From contig NC_045696.1 of assembly GCF_009834535.1 (NCBI RefSeq), forward strand, positions 87,360,001 to 87,424,000: a stretch of 64,000 bases of DNA, read 5' to 3'. The notes under the pieces are model-generated. The model was not told where the DNA came from and searched no databases. It worked only from the letters and a program-made list of their open reading frames with translations. A program made the position numbers and the translations under genes. This document shows, in pieces, positions 39,410 to 52,049 of the stretch (positions are counted from its first letter, which is position 1; each line of letters opens with the position of its first letter). Source of the DNA: Camelus ferus (Eukaryota).

Positions 39410-40860
39410 ATTTTGATTTTTTTTGACTATTTTTTAAAATAAAAACATACAAAACAGTGCACAGAACATAAACTTCCAGCCACATGAATTATTCCAAAAT
39501 GAACAAACCCATGCAACCATCACCTAGAACAAGAAGTACATCTTTCCAAGTATGTCTTGGAGTTACTCAAGAACTCTATTCCCTAATCGTGCTTGTTTCC
39601 AAGCACCATTCTATCCTTTTACTCCAATGGTGACCACTCTACTGTCCTCTAAAACTACAGATTAGTTTTGCCTGTTTTTAAACTTTATATAAATGAAACC
39701 AAACACTATGTATTCTGCTGTGTTGTGTTCTTTAATGCAACAATTTGAGAGATTCATGTTGCTACTTGCAGCAGCAGTTCGTGCATGTATATTGACTCAG
39801 CTATTTCATCTTACAGATAGGCCATTCTTCTGCTAATGTTTTGGTTTTTTCAATTTAGAGCTATTATAATGCTGCTATGAACACTCTTGCGCACGTACTT
39901 TGGTACAAATGTGTACCTATTTCTTTTAGGTGTCACCTAGGAGTGCAATTTCTGTTCTCCAAGTGATATGTTTATTTGTATTCCAAAGTGGTTGTACACT
40001 TACACTTGCCATGTGTGAGCTTCAGTTGCTCTATAGCTTGTATATCACTTGGTATTGCCTATCTTTTTCACTGTTGCTCTTCCAATGAAGGAATGAAACA
40101 CAATATTGTGAACTTAATTTATATTTTACTGCTAATAATTTGCTAATCCTTAAAAGTAACTATTGTCTACTTAGTAAAGTAGACTTTCAAGACCCCACCT
40201 ACTGTTTTTTATATTGAGTATCCATTTTGTTTCATTTATTTATGAGGGGTTCTTAAATAATATGAACAGTATCCCTTTGTTGGTTTTATATATATGCATA
40301 TATATAAAACAAATAGCATACAACTAAGTACATCTTAACTTTTCATTCTCTAAATAGTGTCTTCTGATGAACAAAATTTTTTAATTTAATGGAATTGTAA
40401 ATATGGCTCTTTCCTTCTTGATTAGGTGTTTTGTTTTGTTTTGTTTTGTTTTGTTTTGTTTGATGTATCCTGTTTAAAATTTTCCTAACTAGATATCAGG
40501 AAGATATTGTCCTTTTATCTTTCAAAAGATATGTGGTTTATTTTTTTACATTTAGATTCACAATCTACCCACAATTGATTTTTGTATATGGTTGAGGTAT
40601 TTTAAATTAATCATACATTTAAAAATATGTATATCTAGGTGACAGTTTTTTAAAGTCCTTTCTCCACTAATCTACTGTGTCATTTTGGTCATAATTCAAA
40701 TGTTTACACATGAATGAACTCTAGTCCGTTTCACTGATACATCAGACCATCTTTGTGCCAATACCATACATTCCTTTAATTACTGTAGCTTTGTAATAAA
40801 TCTTGTTTTCTGACAAATTAAATCCTCCTAACTTTCTCTCCAAGAGTATCCTGGCTCTCT
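39410..40860 (-). mobile_element. Old LINE-1 3' region (L1M)
   Basis: Antisense L1 motifs: ttagttttgcctgtttttaaactttatataaatgaaa, aatgctgctatgaaca, ttccaaagtggttgtac, ctttgtgccaataccata. Confidence 0.85.
40428..40461. repeat. (GTTTT)n pentanucleotide repeat
   Basis: Seen directly. Confidence 0.95.
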
Positions 40861-43800
40861 TGAGATTCAAATTATACTCAGATGTTAGAAATTTTCACCT
40901 CATCCTCTGTGACTCTTAAAGCCCTTCTCTTTGTTTCTCATGTGTCTCTGTATTTATCTCTATTTCTCTTTATCTGTGCTGGTATTTTTTTTCTCCTGTC
41001 CTGTTTTCCAGTTTAATAATTGTGGTTTAAGTTTTGTCTACATATTTAATTCTGAATCCATGACTACATTTTCAATTCTAGAATTTCCTTTTGTTTCTTT
41101 TTACTATTTCCAGTTTTTGTGCTGAAAATACCAATTTTATTTTTTATTTCCTGGTAACTATTCAGCCTATTTATTTAAAAGACTGGTTTGGAGTGACATC
41201 AGCAATGTGGAGGCAATTAAGATGGTCCTCCTTATCCCCCTTTTTTATTCAACAAATTAGACATCCATACATAAACAAGAGTGACTTTGTTGGGGGTTTT
41301 CTAGGCTTTGCACCTTGCTACAAGAGATTCAAAGGGAATCTCACCTACCAGTGCAGGAGGTAGAAGGTAGACAAACTTCCACATGGGATGCAAAACCAGT
41401 GGAGCCCACAAGGCTGCCTGGATCCCTCTTCACTGCTGTCAGGCAGGAATCAGATTAGTACTTAAAACAGGCAGACCCTCATCCATGAAACTGAACTTGC
41501 AGAAGCTCAGCCCTTCTGAAGGAAGGTTCTGACCATTCGAGAGAAAAAAAAAAAGAAAAGAAAAACAAAAAGGAAAATATGAGTTTAGTAGCAGCAGAAG
41601 AAATAAGAAAAACTTTCCCATGTCACCTCACCCCCAAAGTGGGGCTGATTGGAACTAATTCATCTGGCAAAGGTGATTTCTCCCACTAGGAAATAAGATG
41701 TCATTGAGGGAGGGTCTGACCACTCCAGCTGGGCAGGATGATTTCTCTCCACCAGCACCTGGAGTACTAAGGTGAGAACTTTAAGACTTGGAGATGGAAA
41801 GAGACAGATGAGAATTTCAAACAGCCTTGAAAGCACTATGCTCAGCAGGAAGTCCATCCCGGAGCCTCTGGGAATGCCACCTCTGGGGATTTTCTTCCTG
41901 GGTCTCCACGTATCCTCACCGCACTGAGTGCTAGATCCACACCTCCCCAACTCTGCTGCTTGCTCCTTGTGCACAGAGAACAGCTCAGAAAAGCAATGAT
42001 CTGCGGGCAAGGGAGAAACCACAAACTTGAGCTAGTGCCACCTTCTAGAAAACAAATGAGTGGTTTCAATAGCCAGTCTGGTGAACTGTAAAAACCAGAG
42101 AAGACATAAAGTCTAAGTTAAGGAGATGCTTCTACTTGAAATGCATAAGTAAAAATGCATAACTAAAAGCAATATGAAAAATCAAGGAAATATGGTATTA
42201 CAAAAAGAAAATAATTTTCCAGCAGCTGAGCTCAAAAGACCTAGAATATTGTGATTTAACTGATAAAGTATTCAAAATATCTATCATGAAGAAACTCAAT
42301 GAACTAGAAGAAATCTCAGCAGGACAATTCAATGAACTCAGAAAAAAAAAATCTATGAACAGAAGGCTATTTTACCAAAGAAATTGATATTATGAGAAAA
42401 AAAACCCCAGAAATTCTAGAAGTGAAGGATTCAAGGAATGACATGAAGAATATCAAAGAGAGCACCTGAAACAGGGAACACCAGATAGAGGAAAGCATAA
42501 ATGAATAGGAGGAGAGGAATATGGAAATAACAGAAGAAGAGGGAGAACTCTGATTTAAAGAATGAAGAAAGCCTATAAAAACTATTGGATACTATCAAAA
42601 AGATTTATTGAATACTATCAAAAAGGCAAGTGTCAGAATAAATGGGATTCCAAAAGGATAAAGGAGGGAGGGAAGGAGGAGGGAACAGAGAGGTTATTTA
42701 AAGAAGTAAGAGCTGAGAACTTCCCAAGTGTAAGGGAAAACTGGGACATACAAGTCCACTAGCTAATACAATTCCCTATTATCTCAATGGAAAAATACCT
42801 GCTTTAAGACATATTAAAATGAAACTATAAAAAAATCAATGATAAAGAAAGAAACTGAAAGGCAGCCAGGGAACAAAATAATGAACCTAAAAAGGAACTA
42901 CCATTAGGCTATCAGCAGATTTCTCAGCACAAACTCTATAGGCCAGAAGAGAGTGGAATGACATATTCAAAGTGTTGAAAGATAAAAATGTCCGTCCAAG
43001 AATACATTACCTGGCAAAGTTAGTCTTTGGATATGAAGGCTTTTCCAGACAAACACAAACTGAGAGAATTCACTACCACTAGACCTGCCTTACAGGAAAT
43101 GCTAAAAGGAGTTCTTCAAGGTGAAATGAAAGACACTAGACAGCATCATGAAAATATGTCAAAATATACAACACACTGGTAAAGGTGGAAAATGTACAAT
43201 CTTAGAAAACTGTACCTCTGTATTAGGATGGTGTGTTAACCACTCAACTATAGTATAGAAAGGAAAGAATAGTAAAAATAACTGTACTGACTATAAACTG
43301 TTAATGAATACACAACATAAAAAGTAAATTGTAATGGTAGTAACATAAATGGGCAAGGGCTTTATAGGCATTCAAACGTAAGTTACCATCAGCCTAAAGT
43401 GGACTCTTATTGATAAGATATTTTATATGAAAAATCACAAGGTAACCACAAAGCAAAAACTTACAGTAGATCCATAAAAAACAAGGAAAGGAGAAAAAGA
43501 ACATACAAGCATGGAAAATAACCAATTTATGAAAGTAGGCAGAGACAGAAAAAGAAACAATGGAAATACAAAACAATCAGAAAGTAATTAAGAAGATGGT
43601 ATTAGTAAGTTCTTACATAAACAAAAACTACTGTAAAAGTAAATGGATTGAAATTACCAATCAAAAAGTTAGAGTGGCTGTATGAATTAAAATAAATCAA
43701 CTATACCCTGCTTACAAGTGACCAAATTCTGATTTAAGAATGCACATTGACTCAAAGTAAAGGGATGGAAAAAGATATCCCATGCAAGTAGAAACCAAAA

Positions 43801-44937
43801 GAAAGCAGGGATAGCTATACTTATATCAGACAAAATTGACTTTAGCCAAAAACAGTAATAAAATACAAGGAAGTTCATTATATAATGGGAAAGGGAACAA
43901 TCAATCAAGATATAACAATTATAAATATGTAAGTACCCAACATTGGAACACCTGAATATATTAAGCAAATACTAACAGAAATGAAAGGAGAAAAATATAA
44001 CAGTGCAATAATGGTGTGAGACATCAATGCCCTTTTAACAATGAATAGGTCATCCAGACAGAAAATCAAAGAAACAAATCAGTTTGAATCAGACCTTAGA
44101 CCAAATGGATCTAATAGACATTTATAGAACATTTTATCCAACAGTAGCAGAATACAGATTCCTCTCAATTGCACATGGAGCGTTCTCAAGGATAGATCAT
44201 ATGATAGGACAGAAAATAAATCTTAGGAAATTTAAGAAGACTGAAATCATACCAAGTCTCTTTTCTATCCACAATGGTTTGAAACTAGAAATCAGCAACT
44301 TTAGGAAAGCTGGAAAGTCTACAAGTATGTGAAAAATAAAGACTCCTAAACAACCAATGAATCAAAGATGAAATCAAAAGGGAAATCAGAGTAACTTGAA
44401 ACAAATGAAACAATAAACAACTTCCCCAAACCTATGGACACTGCAAAAGTGTTTCTGAGATGAAAATTTATAGCAATAAATGCTTATATTAAGATATTAG
44501 ATCATATATAAACAACCTAACTTTATAACTCAAGGAACTAAAAAAAGAACAGATTAATCCCAAAGTTAGTAGAAGGAAGGAAATAATAAAGATCAAAGTG
44601 GAACCAAATGTAATAGAGACCAGAAAAAAAAAAAAAAATAGAAAAGATCAATGAAACCAAGAGTTTTTTTTTACAAAAAGATAAACAAAATTGAGAAAAC
44701 TTTAGTGAGGTTAGTTAAGAAATAAAAATTCAGAAATGAAAGAGGAGATATAATAATTGACACTACAGAAATACACAGTATCCTCAGAGACTACTATGAA
44801 CAACAAATTAGATAAACTAGAAAAAATGGATAATTTCCTAGAATCATACAACCTACTGAGACTGATCCAGGAAGACATAGCAAGTCTGCAGAGATCAATA
44901 ATGAGAAAATAATTGAATCAATAATCATAAACCTCCC

Positions 44938-46283
44938 GAGGAAAGAAGCAAGATGGCAGAGTAGAAGGATGCTTGTAGCTCACCCTTTCCCACAAATACA
45001 CCAAAACTCACATCTACAGACCTACTCAGCCAACCAGAGCACCTGCTGAACTCCAAAAGAACATCACCTTCTTCGAAAGACAAAGACGTCAAAAATCTGG
45101 TAGGAGAAAAGAAAAAAAGAAAGAACAAAAAGCAAAACAGTGCGGGACTGATCTCACAGGGAGGGAGCGGCAAAGGAGGACTGGCGCTCATTCGCTGGGC
45201 CCCCCCCCCCTCCCAAGGAGAGGTCAGCGGGACAGAGGGGGAGCCTCTGAGGCTCAGATCTGCCCCAAGCACTCCTTGACTGACAGAATTGAGTTAAATG
45301 GGCACAAAGGGTCCCCACGACACCTAGCCAGAGATGCGAGCCGGCAACTGGGGGCCAGGACAGGTCTCCTGAGCCGGGCGGAGGACTGGGGCAACTGCAC
45401 TGAGGCAGCCCCAGGGGACTGCAGGGCGCTGCGCGCCATGGCTGGGAGGGGATACAGAGCAGAACAACCTCGGTCCCCCATAAATTGTGAAAAAAGCAAA
45501 GCAACAGGGCTGGTGTGCCCTGGGGGGAGGGGCGCCGTAGCCTTCTTCTCTTCAGACCTGCACCGCCATTACTGGCGCATCTCGCAAGGAGAGAGGCAGG
45601 GCGCAGCCATAGCTACCATCTCTTCCTGTGTGCAGAGCCTGGGTGGGGGGCAAGGCCAAGACCTGAATCTGCACCTGGGGGCTCCGCAACCTCCTAGGCA
45701 GGACTCAGACTTGTTTATAGCCTGAGGCAGATAGGATCTTTTTGCCCTGGCACCTCAGAGAACTCGCACTGCCAAGACAAACAAGGAGCTGAGATTTGGC
45801 ACAGAGCAGGGGTGGGGCTGTTCCACGGTCTTCCCCTAGCCGGCATTCAGAGTGCCAACCCCATGGGGAGGGCAGCTGCACAGAGCAGTGGAGCGACCAG
45901 TGCCAGGAGAGGGGGGGCGGCCACCTGCCTTCCTGGCAGGAACGCAGCACCTGACCACGGTGCTGGGAGGGGGTGTGATCCGCCCACCTGCCTCCTCACC
46001 TAGCACAGCATCTGACTGTGGCATCGGGAGGGGTTGTGACCCACCTGCCCACCAGGTAAGAGCTCAGCTCCTGACCCAGTGTTAGGAGAGGGCACGACCT
46101 GCTAGCCGACAGCCACTGGGAGCAGCACAGACGAGGGAGCCAACAGAGGGCCTCTGGAAACAGCAAGCTGAGTTCACAAAACAGGGTGAAGACACAAAGA
46201 CCTCTCGATAAAATCATTAAGAGCACACCATCTCCAGGAGAACTAGATAACTGATACTCCTTAAGCCACAGTGCCAGAGAGAT
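44938..46283 (+). promoter_or_regulatory. GC/CpG-rich L1 5'UTR internal promoter with a YY1-type site and ~60-bp monomers
   Basis: CAAGATGGC at 44949-44957; the most GC-rich block in the window; ccacctgcc-anchored repeats at 45921, 45984, 46041 and (variant) 46095. Confidence 0.75.
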
Positions 46284-47184
46284 ATGAGCAATATGAAGAA
46301 GCAGAGGAACCACTCCCAATTAAAAGATCAAGAGAAATCCCCTGAAAGCACAATTAACAAAATAGACACTGATGGCCTACTAGATCAAGATTTCAAAAAA
46401 GGAGTGATCAAAGTACTGAAGGAACTAAAAGAAACAGTGTTTAGAGATATAAAATATGTCAAAAATGAAATAGAAGCTATAAAGAAGAACCAAGTAGAAT
46501 TAGTAAACTCATTTGCTGAGATGAGATCTGACCTAAGGCTGTACAAAGCAGGCTAGATAATGCAAAGGAGCGAACAAGTGACCTAGAAGACAGGACAACA
46601 GAAAGCACCCAATCAGAACAGCTGAGAGAAAAATAAATAAAAAACAATGAAAACAATATAAGGGACCTATGGGATAATATAAAGTGTGTCAATCTATGCA
46701 TAATAGGGGTTCCAGAAGGGGAAGAAAGAACAAAGGGGATTGAAAAGGTATTTGAAGAAATCATGACTGAAAACTTCCCAAATCTAAAGAAAGAAACAGA
46801 TATCCAAGTACAGGAGGCTCAGAGGGTCCCAAACAGGAAGAACCCAAATAACCCACATCAAGACATATCATAATCAAGATGCCCAGAGTCAAGGAAAAAG
46901 AAATGATTCTAAAGGCAGCAAGAGAAAAACAAAGAGTGAGTTACAAGGGAACCCCCATAAGGCTCTCAGCTGATTTCTCTACATAAACGCTACAGGCCAG
47001 AAGGGAGTGGCAAGATATATTCAAAGTCCTGAATGAAAAAAAGATGCAGCCTAGTATACTTTATCCAGCAAAGCTATCCTTTAGAATAGAAGGAGAGATA
47101 AAGAACTTCACAGAGAAGCAAAAACTACAAGAGTTTAGCAACACTAAACCCATGCTAAAAGAAATATTCAGAGGTCTACTCTAA
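46284..47184 (+). pseudogene. L1 ORF1p, disrupted by frameshifts and stop codons
   Basis: MSNMKKQRNHSQLKDQEKSPE...IRDLWDNIK...IIGVPEGEE...ENFPNL...PIRLSADFS...ARREWQDIFKVL...ILYPAKLSF...RGLL*. Confidence 0.95.
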
Positions 47185-47327
47185 ATAGAAAAGAAGCAGA
47201 AAGAAACAAAAATGAGAAACTCATAACTGGAAAGGAGATAACTGCCATGAATTACAAAAAGAATAAACACAAAATTGTAAAAGAAGACATCTAAATCATT
47301 AAGAGTGGGAGAGGGAAGCAAGGAAAG

Positions 47328-47696
47328 CCACTGTGGAAAACAGTATGGAGATTCCTCAAAAGACTAGGAATACGCTTACCATATGACCCAGGAATCCCGC
47401 TCCTGGGCATATATCCAGAAGGAACCTTACTTCAAAATGACACCTGCACCCCAATGTTCATAGCAGCACTATTTACAATAGCCAAGACTTGGAAATAACC
47501 TAAATGTCCATTAACAGATGACTGGATAAAGCTGAAGTGGTATATTTATACAATGGAATACTATTCAGCCATAAAAACCGACAACATAACACCATTTGCA
47601 GCAACATGGATGTTCCTGGAGAATGTCATTCAAAGTGAAGTAAGCCAGAAAGAGAAAGAAAAATACTATATGAGGTCACTCATATGTGGAATCTAA
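47328..47696 (+). pseudogene. L1 ORF2p extreme C-terminal remnant
   Basis: PLWKTVWRFLKRLGIRLPYDPGIPLLGIYP...CTPMFIAALFTIAKTWK*PKCP...WYIYTMEYYSAIK...SLICGI*. Confidence 0.93.
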
Positions 47697-49599
47697 AAAA
47701 ATAAATAACTAAATAAATACAAAACAGAAACAGACTCATAGACATAGAATACAAACTTGTGGTTGCCAAGGGTGTGGGGGGTGGGAAGGGACAGAATGGG
47801 ATTTTAAAATGCAGAATAGATAAACGAGATTATACTGTATAGCACAGGGAAATATATACAAGATCTTGTGGTAGCTCATAGAGAAAAAAAATGTGACAAT
47901 GAATATATATACGTTCATGTATAACTGAAAAATTGTGCTCTACACTGGAATTTGACACAACATTGTAAAATGACTATTACTCAATAAAAAAATGTAAAAA
48001 AAAATATCAAAAACCTCCCAACACAGAAAATGCCAGGACCAGACGACTTCATGGACAAGTACTACCAAACATTTAAAGAAAAATTAATGCCAATTTCTCC
48101 CAAACTCTTCCAAAAAATTGAAGAGGCAAGAATTCTAAACTTATTCTAAAGGCCAGCATTTCCCTGATACCAAATCTAGATAAAGATACTACAAGAAAAC
48201 TATACAACAGTATCTCTGATGACAAAATTCTCAACAAAATATTAGCAAACTGAGTTCAATAATTTGATATATTACACCATGATCGGGTGGGATTTCTCCC
48301 TGGGAAACAAGGATGGTTCAACATATGCAAATCAAGAAATGTGATACACCACATTAAGAGAATGAAAGAAAAAAAAATCTTCATCATCTCAAAATATGTA
48401 GAAAAGAAATTTGACTAAAATGCAACATTCCTTAATGATAAAACCCTTAACAAGTTGAGTGTATAAAAAACATACCTCAACATAATAAGGGACATATACA
48501 ACAAACCCACAGCTAACATACTCAACAGAGAAGAATTGAAGGCTTTTCCTCTAGCATCAGGAAATGTACAAAAGTGCCCATTCTCACTACTGTTATTCAA
48601 CACAGTACTGGAAGTCCTAGCTAGAGCAATCTGGCAAGACAATAAACAAACAAACAAACAAACAAATAAATATCATTCAAATTGGAAAAGAAGTAAAATT
48701 ATCACTATTTGCTGTTAATAGATCTTATATATCAAAAATCCCAAAGACACACTTTAAAAAAAATCTATTGGATCTAATCAATGCATTCAGTAAAGTTGCA
48801 GGATAAAAAAATCAACACACAAAATTCGGTTGCATTTCTATACACTAACACTATGGGGTTGATACCCAATTTTATAAAAAAAAAAAGGTCATAAAACTCA
48901 GTAACAAAAAACACAAACAATCCAATTTAACAATGGTCAGAAAAACTAAATACACATTTTTCCAAAGAAGACATCCAAATGGTGAACAGGTACATAAGAA
49001 GGTATTCAACATCAACAATTATCAGGGAAATGAAAATAAAAACAACAACGAGGTATCTCATACCTATAAGAATGGCTACTATGAAGACAGGAGCTAAGTA
49101 GTGGTGATAAAGATGGGGGAAAAATGTAATGTTTGTGCCCTATTGGTGAGACTGTAAACTATTTCAGCCGCTGGGGAAATGGTATTGGTTGCCTTTGTAA
49201 CCATGTATCCATTTAATCTCAATATTTAAGAACTCTGCATATCAGGAACAATATAAAATTTGTTGTCTTTTCTTTTGATCATTCCCACTGCCATCACTGC
49301 CAACATTTAATTTTAGTTGGTTATATTAGTACTAGTTCTTTTATTGTTGCTTTAAATCTTACGTATTCTTGAATATATTACATGATTAATCATATTTTAT
49401 AGCTATATATTGACCTTTTTTTTAAATTATAGGGAAATCAATATTATACAGTCTCCCATATTCTCTTTTATGCCTGACTGTTGTAGTTACTAGTTTAACA
49501 TGCTCTTCATAGTTTATAACATAAAAAAATCTATTTGGAAACCATATTTTCCACAAGTTCGGTTCTTTAGTTAAATTGATTCAATATGCATTGCCAGTT

Positions 49600-50090
49600 A
49601 TTCATTCTATCACTATACTTCTACTGTTCTGTAAGTTGGTGACAAATTTATCTTTTGTAGTGTTTTTGAAAAAAATTCATAGGAATTATATTCTCTAAAT
49701 TCTTACATTTGAAAATACCTTCTGTAGCCTCTTTATATTTGAAGGAAAGTTTGAAACTCTATAAAATTCCCAGAACATACTTTTTCTGAGGATGTTATAG
49801 ACAAAGCGATGTTATTGTATAGTATCAGATGTTGCTATAAGGTATTATGAACCCAAACAGAATCCATTCATAGGTCACTTGCTTTTATTTCAATGGTGAT
49901 TATTCCTTGGATTTCTAAGGAATTCTCTCTTTAGTTTACAATCAATAATTTCATTAAGATATTTCTCCAGTGTTAGTGAATCTGTATCTGTTTTTCTCAG
50001 ACACAGAGTAGCTTATCAATACAAATATTCATAATTATTTCAGGATAGTTTTCTAGAATATTACTGATTATTTTATGTGTTCTATTTTAT
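49600..50090 (-). mobile_element. Ancient L1/HAL1 ORF1 fragment
   Basis: ttgaaggaaagtttgaaactctataaaattc...tgttgctataagg resembles the antisense of an ORF1 C-terminal region. Confidence 0.5.
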
Positions 50091-50988
50091 TTACAGAAAA
50101 AATACACACACTGTGTCACTTGTCTGTCTCACATATGATTTGCAATATAACTCACTACCGATGAAAATAGAAATTTTTTTCTAAGTAATGTCTTTCTAAC
50201 ATCAACCAAATAAAATCAAGTTGATATATCAGACACACATATTTTTATTGGTTAAGCTGTATTTTATGAAGGGATGCCTATATTACACAAGTCTCACTTC
50301 ACCATGCTTTTAAGTAGAAATCAAGAAGGAAGATAAACTAATTGTAATAAGAATAAAATCTAATCAACTAAATAAGTAATATTTACATATGTGAATATAA
50401 AATCTAGTTAGCATAACCAATAATAGTTAAATTTAAAATTGCTCTTTTCTGTATTTATGTGTATGTGATTTTTTTTTTTTAATAGTCCATGGCTCTTATG
50501 GATTTTGCTTTGTGGATCAGTCCTACCTGGATAAATACTCAACATACATGTATATGGAGATTTGGTCACCAGTTAAATCCTGAGTTGTCTATTAGGTTTC
50601 ATTCAACTACTTAATCTAAAATAAAGTCCAGCAATCATAAGATGTAAAAAAAATTATGTATATAAAAGCTTTTCATTATAATCACCAAAAACATTCTTGA
50701 TAACAATGCTTCATTCTCAACTGAAGAAAAATATAATTCTTATTACAATAGTTTATAAAGGTGCATAACACACACTAGCTAAGTGTTGAATGACCACAAA
50801 AAGTCAATGTAGTCTATACAAATCTAAAGAAATGTTTTTAATCTTGTTTCTGTAATAACCTTAATTACTTTACAAAGGACAATGAAATATGATTTATGAC
50901 TCCTACTTAAATAGAAAACAGTATTTGTATTATACTTCTTCATCCAAATTTTCCAATGAGAAGAAGCCTAAATTAGGGAACAGAAGTA

Positions 50989-52038
50989 CAGGCTGTCTTC
51001 ATTTTGCTCTGTGATCTGTAAAAATTTTTAAACACAAAAAACTTTCTTATACTTGGTTATAAATGCATAGAGGAATGAAAAAAATATAGTGAATGTAATA
51101 CCTATTTAGCACACTATAATTTAAAACATTAGAAACATTGAGAATTAATGTTTTCTTTGTAAAATATTTATTAAGAATACTTTGAACAGTGCTTGCCTTC
51201 CTCTTATTATCATGTAATTTACAAAACCAAGGAAAGCTCTCTGTAAAGCTTTGAAGAATTGTCATACTCATTTCCAAAAGTTTGGATTAGCTTCCTCCAT
51301 TTTATTTTTTGAACTTTCAAGTGTCATGAAATATCTCCATGAGTTTCTTTAATGTGAAGGTAATTCCTGATGTCATTTCCCCTAGGATACCTTACCCTTT
51401 TTAATCACAACCATTTTCCTCATTTTTGTCAGTAAGTTCACCTTCACTAAGTTCCTCTGGCTGCAAATCAAAAGTCTTTCCATTGGTGGCAGTGCCAACA
51501 TGTCCAAGGTCAACTGTTTCTTGTCAAACCTCATCTATATTTGACTCGTATTTCACTTTCAGCATTATCACTTTTTTCCTTCTCCCCTCCCTCTCTTCCT
51601 TCTCGTTCTCCTCCTCCTTATCCCCCTCTCCTCATCCTTCTTCTTCTGGCTACATTTTCACTTTGGTTGACGAATTCTCTTTTTTGATTACCCAATTTTG
51701 TAAAATGTCAGGTAAGTTTATCCCTGGGAGCAAGAAAGCATGCTTTGTTGTCTGTGTGTGAAAACTGAACAACAGATGCATAGCGAATGAACAGCAGTCA
51801 CCAACAGACGTGAAAGACATGAAATGACTGGTCACTGATTAGGATGTACATCTGTTATTTATAGTGATTTGTGGGCTGAAGTGCTAACAAATTTGTACTT
51901 TATGTAACAACTCGCAGTTAATATATGCTATGGTAAATAAAATTTGAACCATGTTTTTGGAAGACTGCTGTTATTTAAGTAAACCATATAAACTAAAATT
52001 TGTACAACTCTAAACCACACAAAGTGAGAACTAGCTTT
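50989..52038. mobile_element. Tigger13a-like DNA transposon
   Basis: TIR-like caggctgtcttcattttgc / aaagtgagaactagc; internal gtaagttcaccttcactaagttcctctggctgc and tggtcactgattaggatgtacatctgttatt; internal CT-rich expansion at 51580-51650. Confidence 0.8.
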
Positions 52039-52049
52039 GTGTCACAGTA

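Larger units (their letters stand above)
44938..48005 (+). mobile_element. Younger ORF1-only (half-L1-like) LINE-1 derivative with full 5'UTR, ORF1, ORF2 tail, 3'UTR and poly(A)
   Basis: TSD atcataaacctccc (44924-44937) / atcaaaaacctccc (48006-48019); CAAGATGGC at 44949; AATAAA at 47983; EN and RT regions absent. Confidence 0.93.
41190..49190 (+). mobile_element. Older LINE-1 with 5'UTR, decayed ORF1 and ORF2 (EN, RT); interrupted at 44938-48005 and 3'-incomplete
   Basis: ORF1 remnant (ERLFKEVRAENFP); endonuclease remnant (DQMDLIDIYRTFYPTVAEYRFLSIAHGAFSRIDHMIG); RT remnant ([31 protein letters not shown]); TT|AAAA site just upstream. Confidence 0.95.

Noticed and set aside
44925..46319. Cluster of long overlapping ORFs (up to 149 aa) in a GC-rich block
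   Set aside because: They lie in the L1 5'UTR, where high GC makes stop codons rare; the peptides are not recognisable and this is not a host-gene CpG island
51426..51761. 111-aa Ser-rich ORF, and its acidic antisense reading
   Set aside because: Falls inside a Tigger13a-like element and its CT-rich expansion
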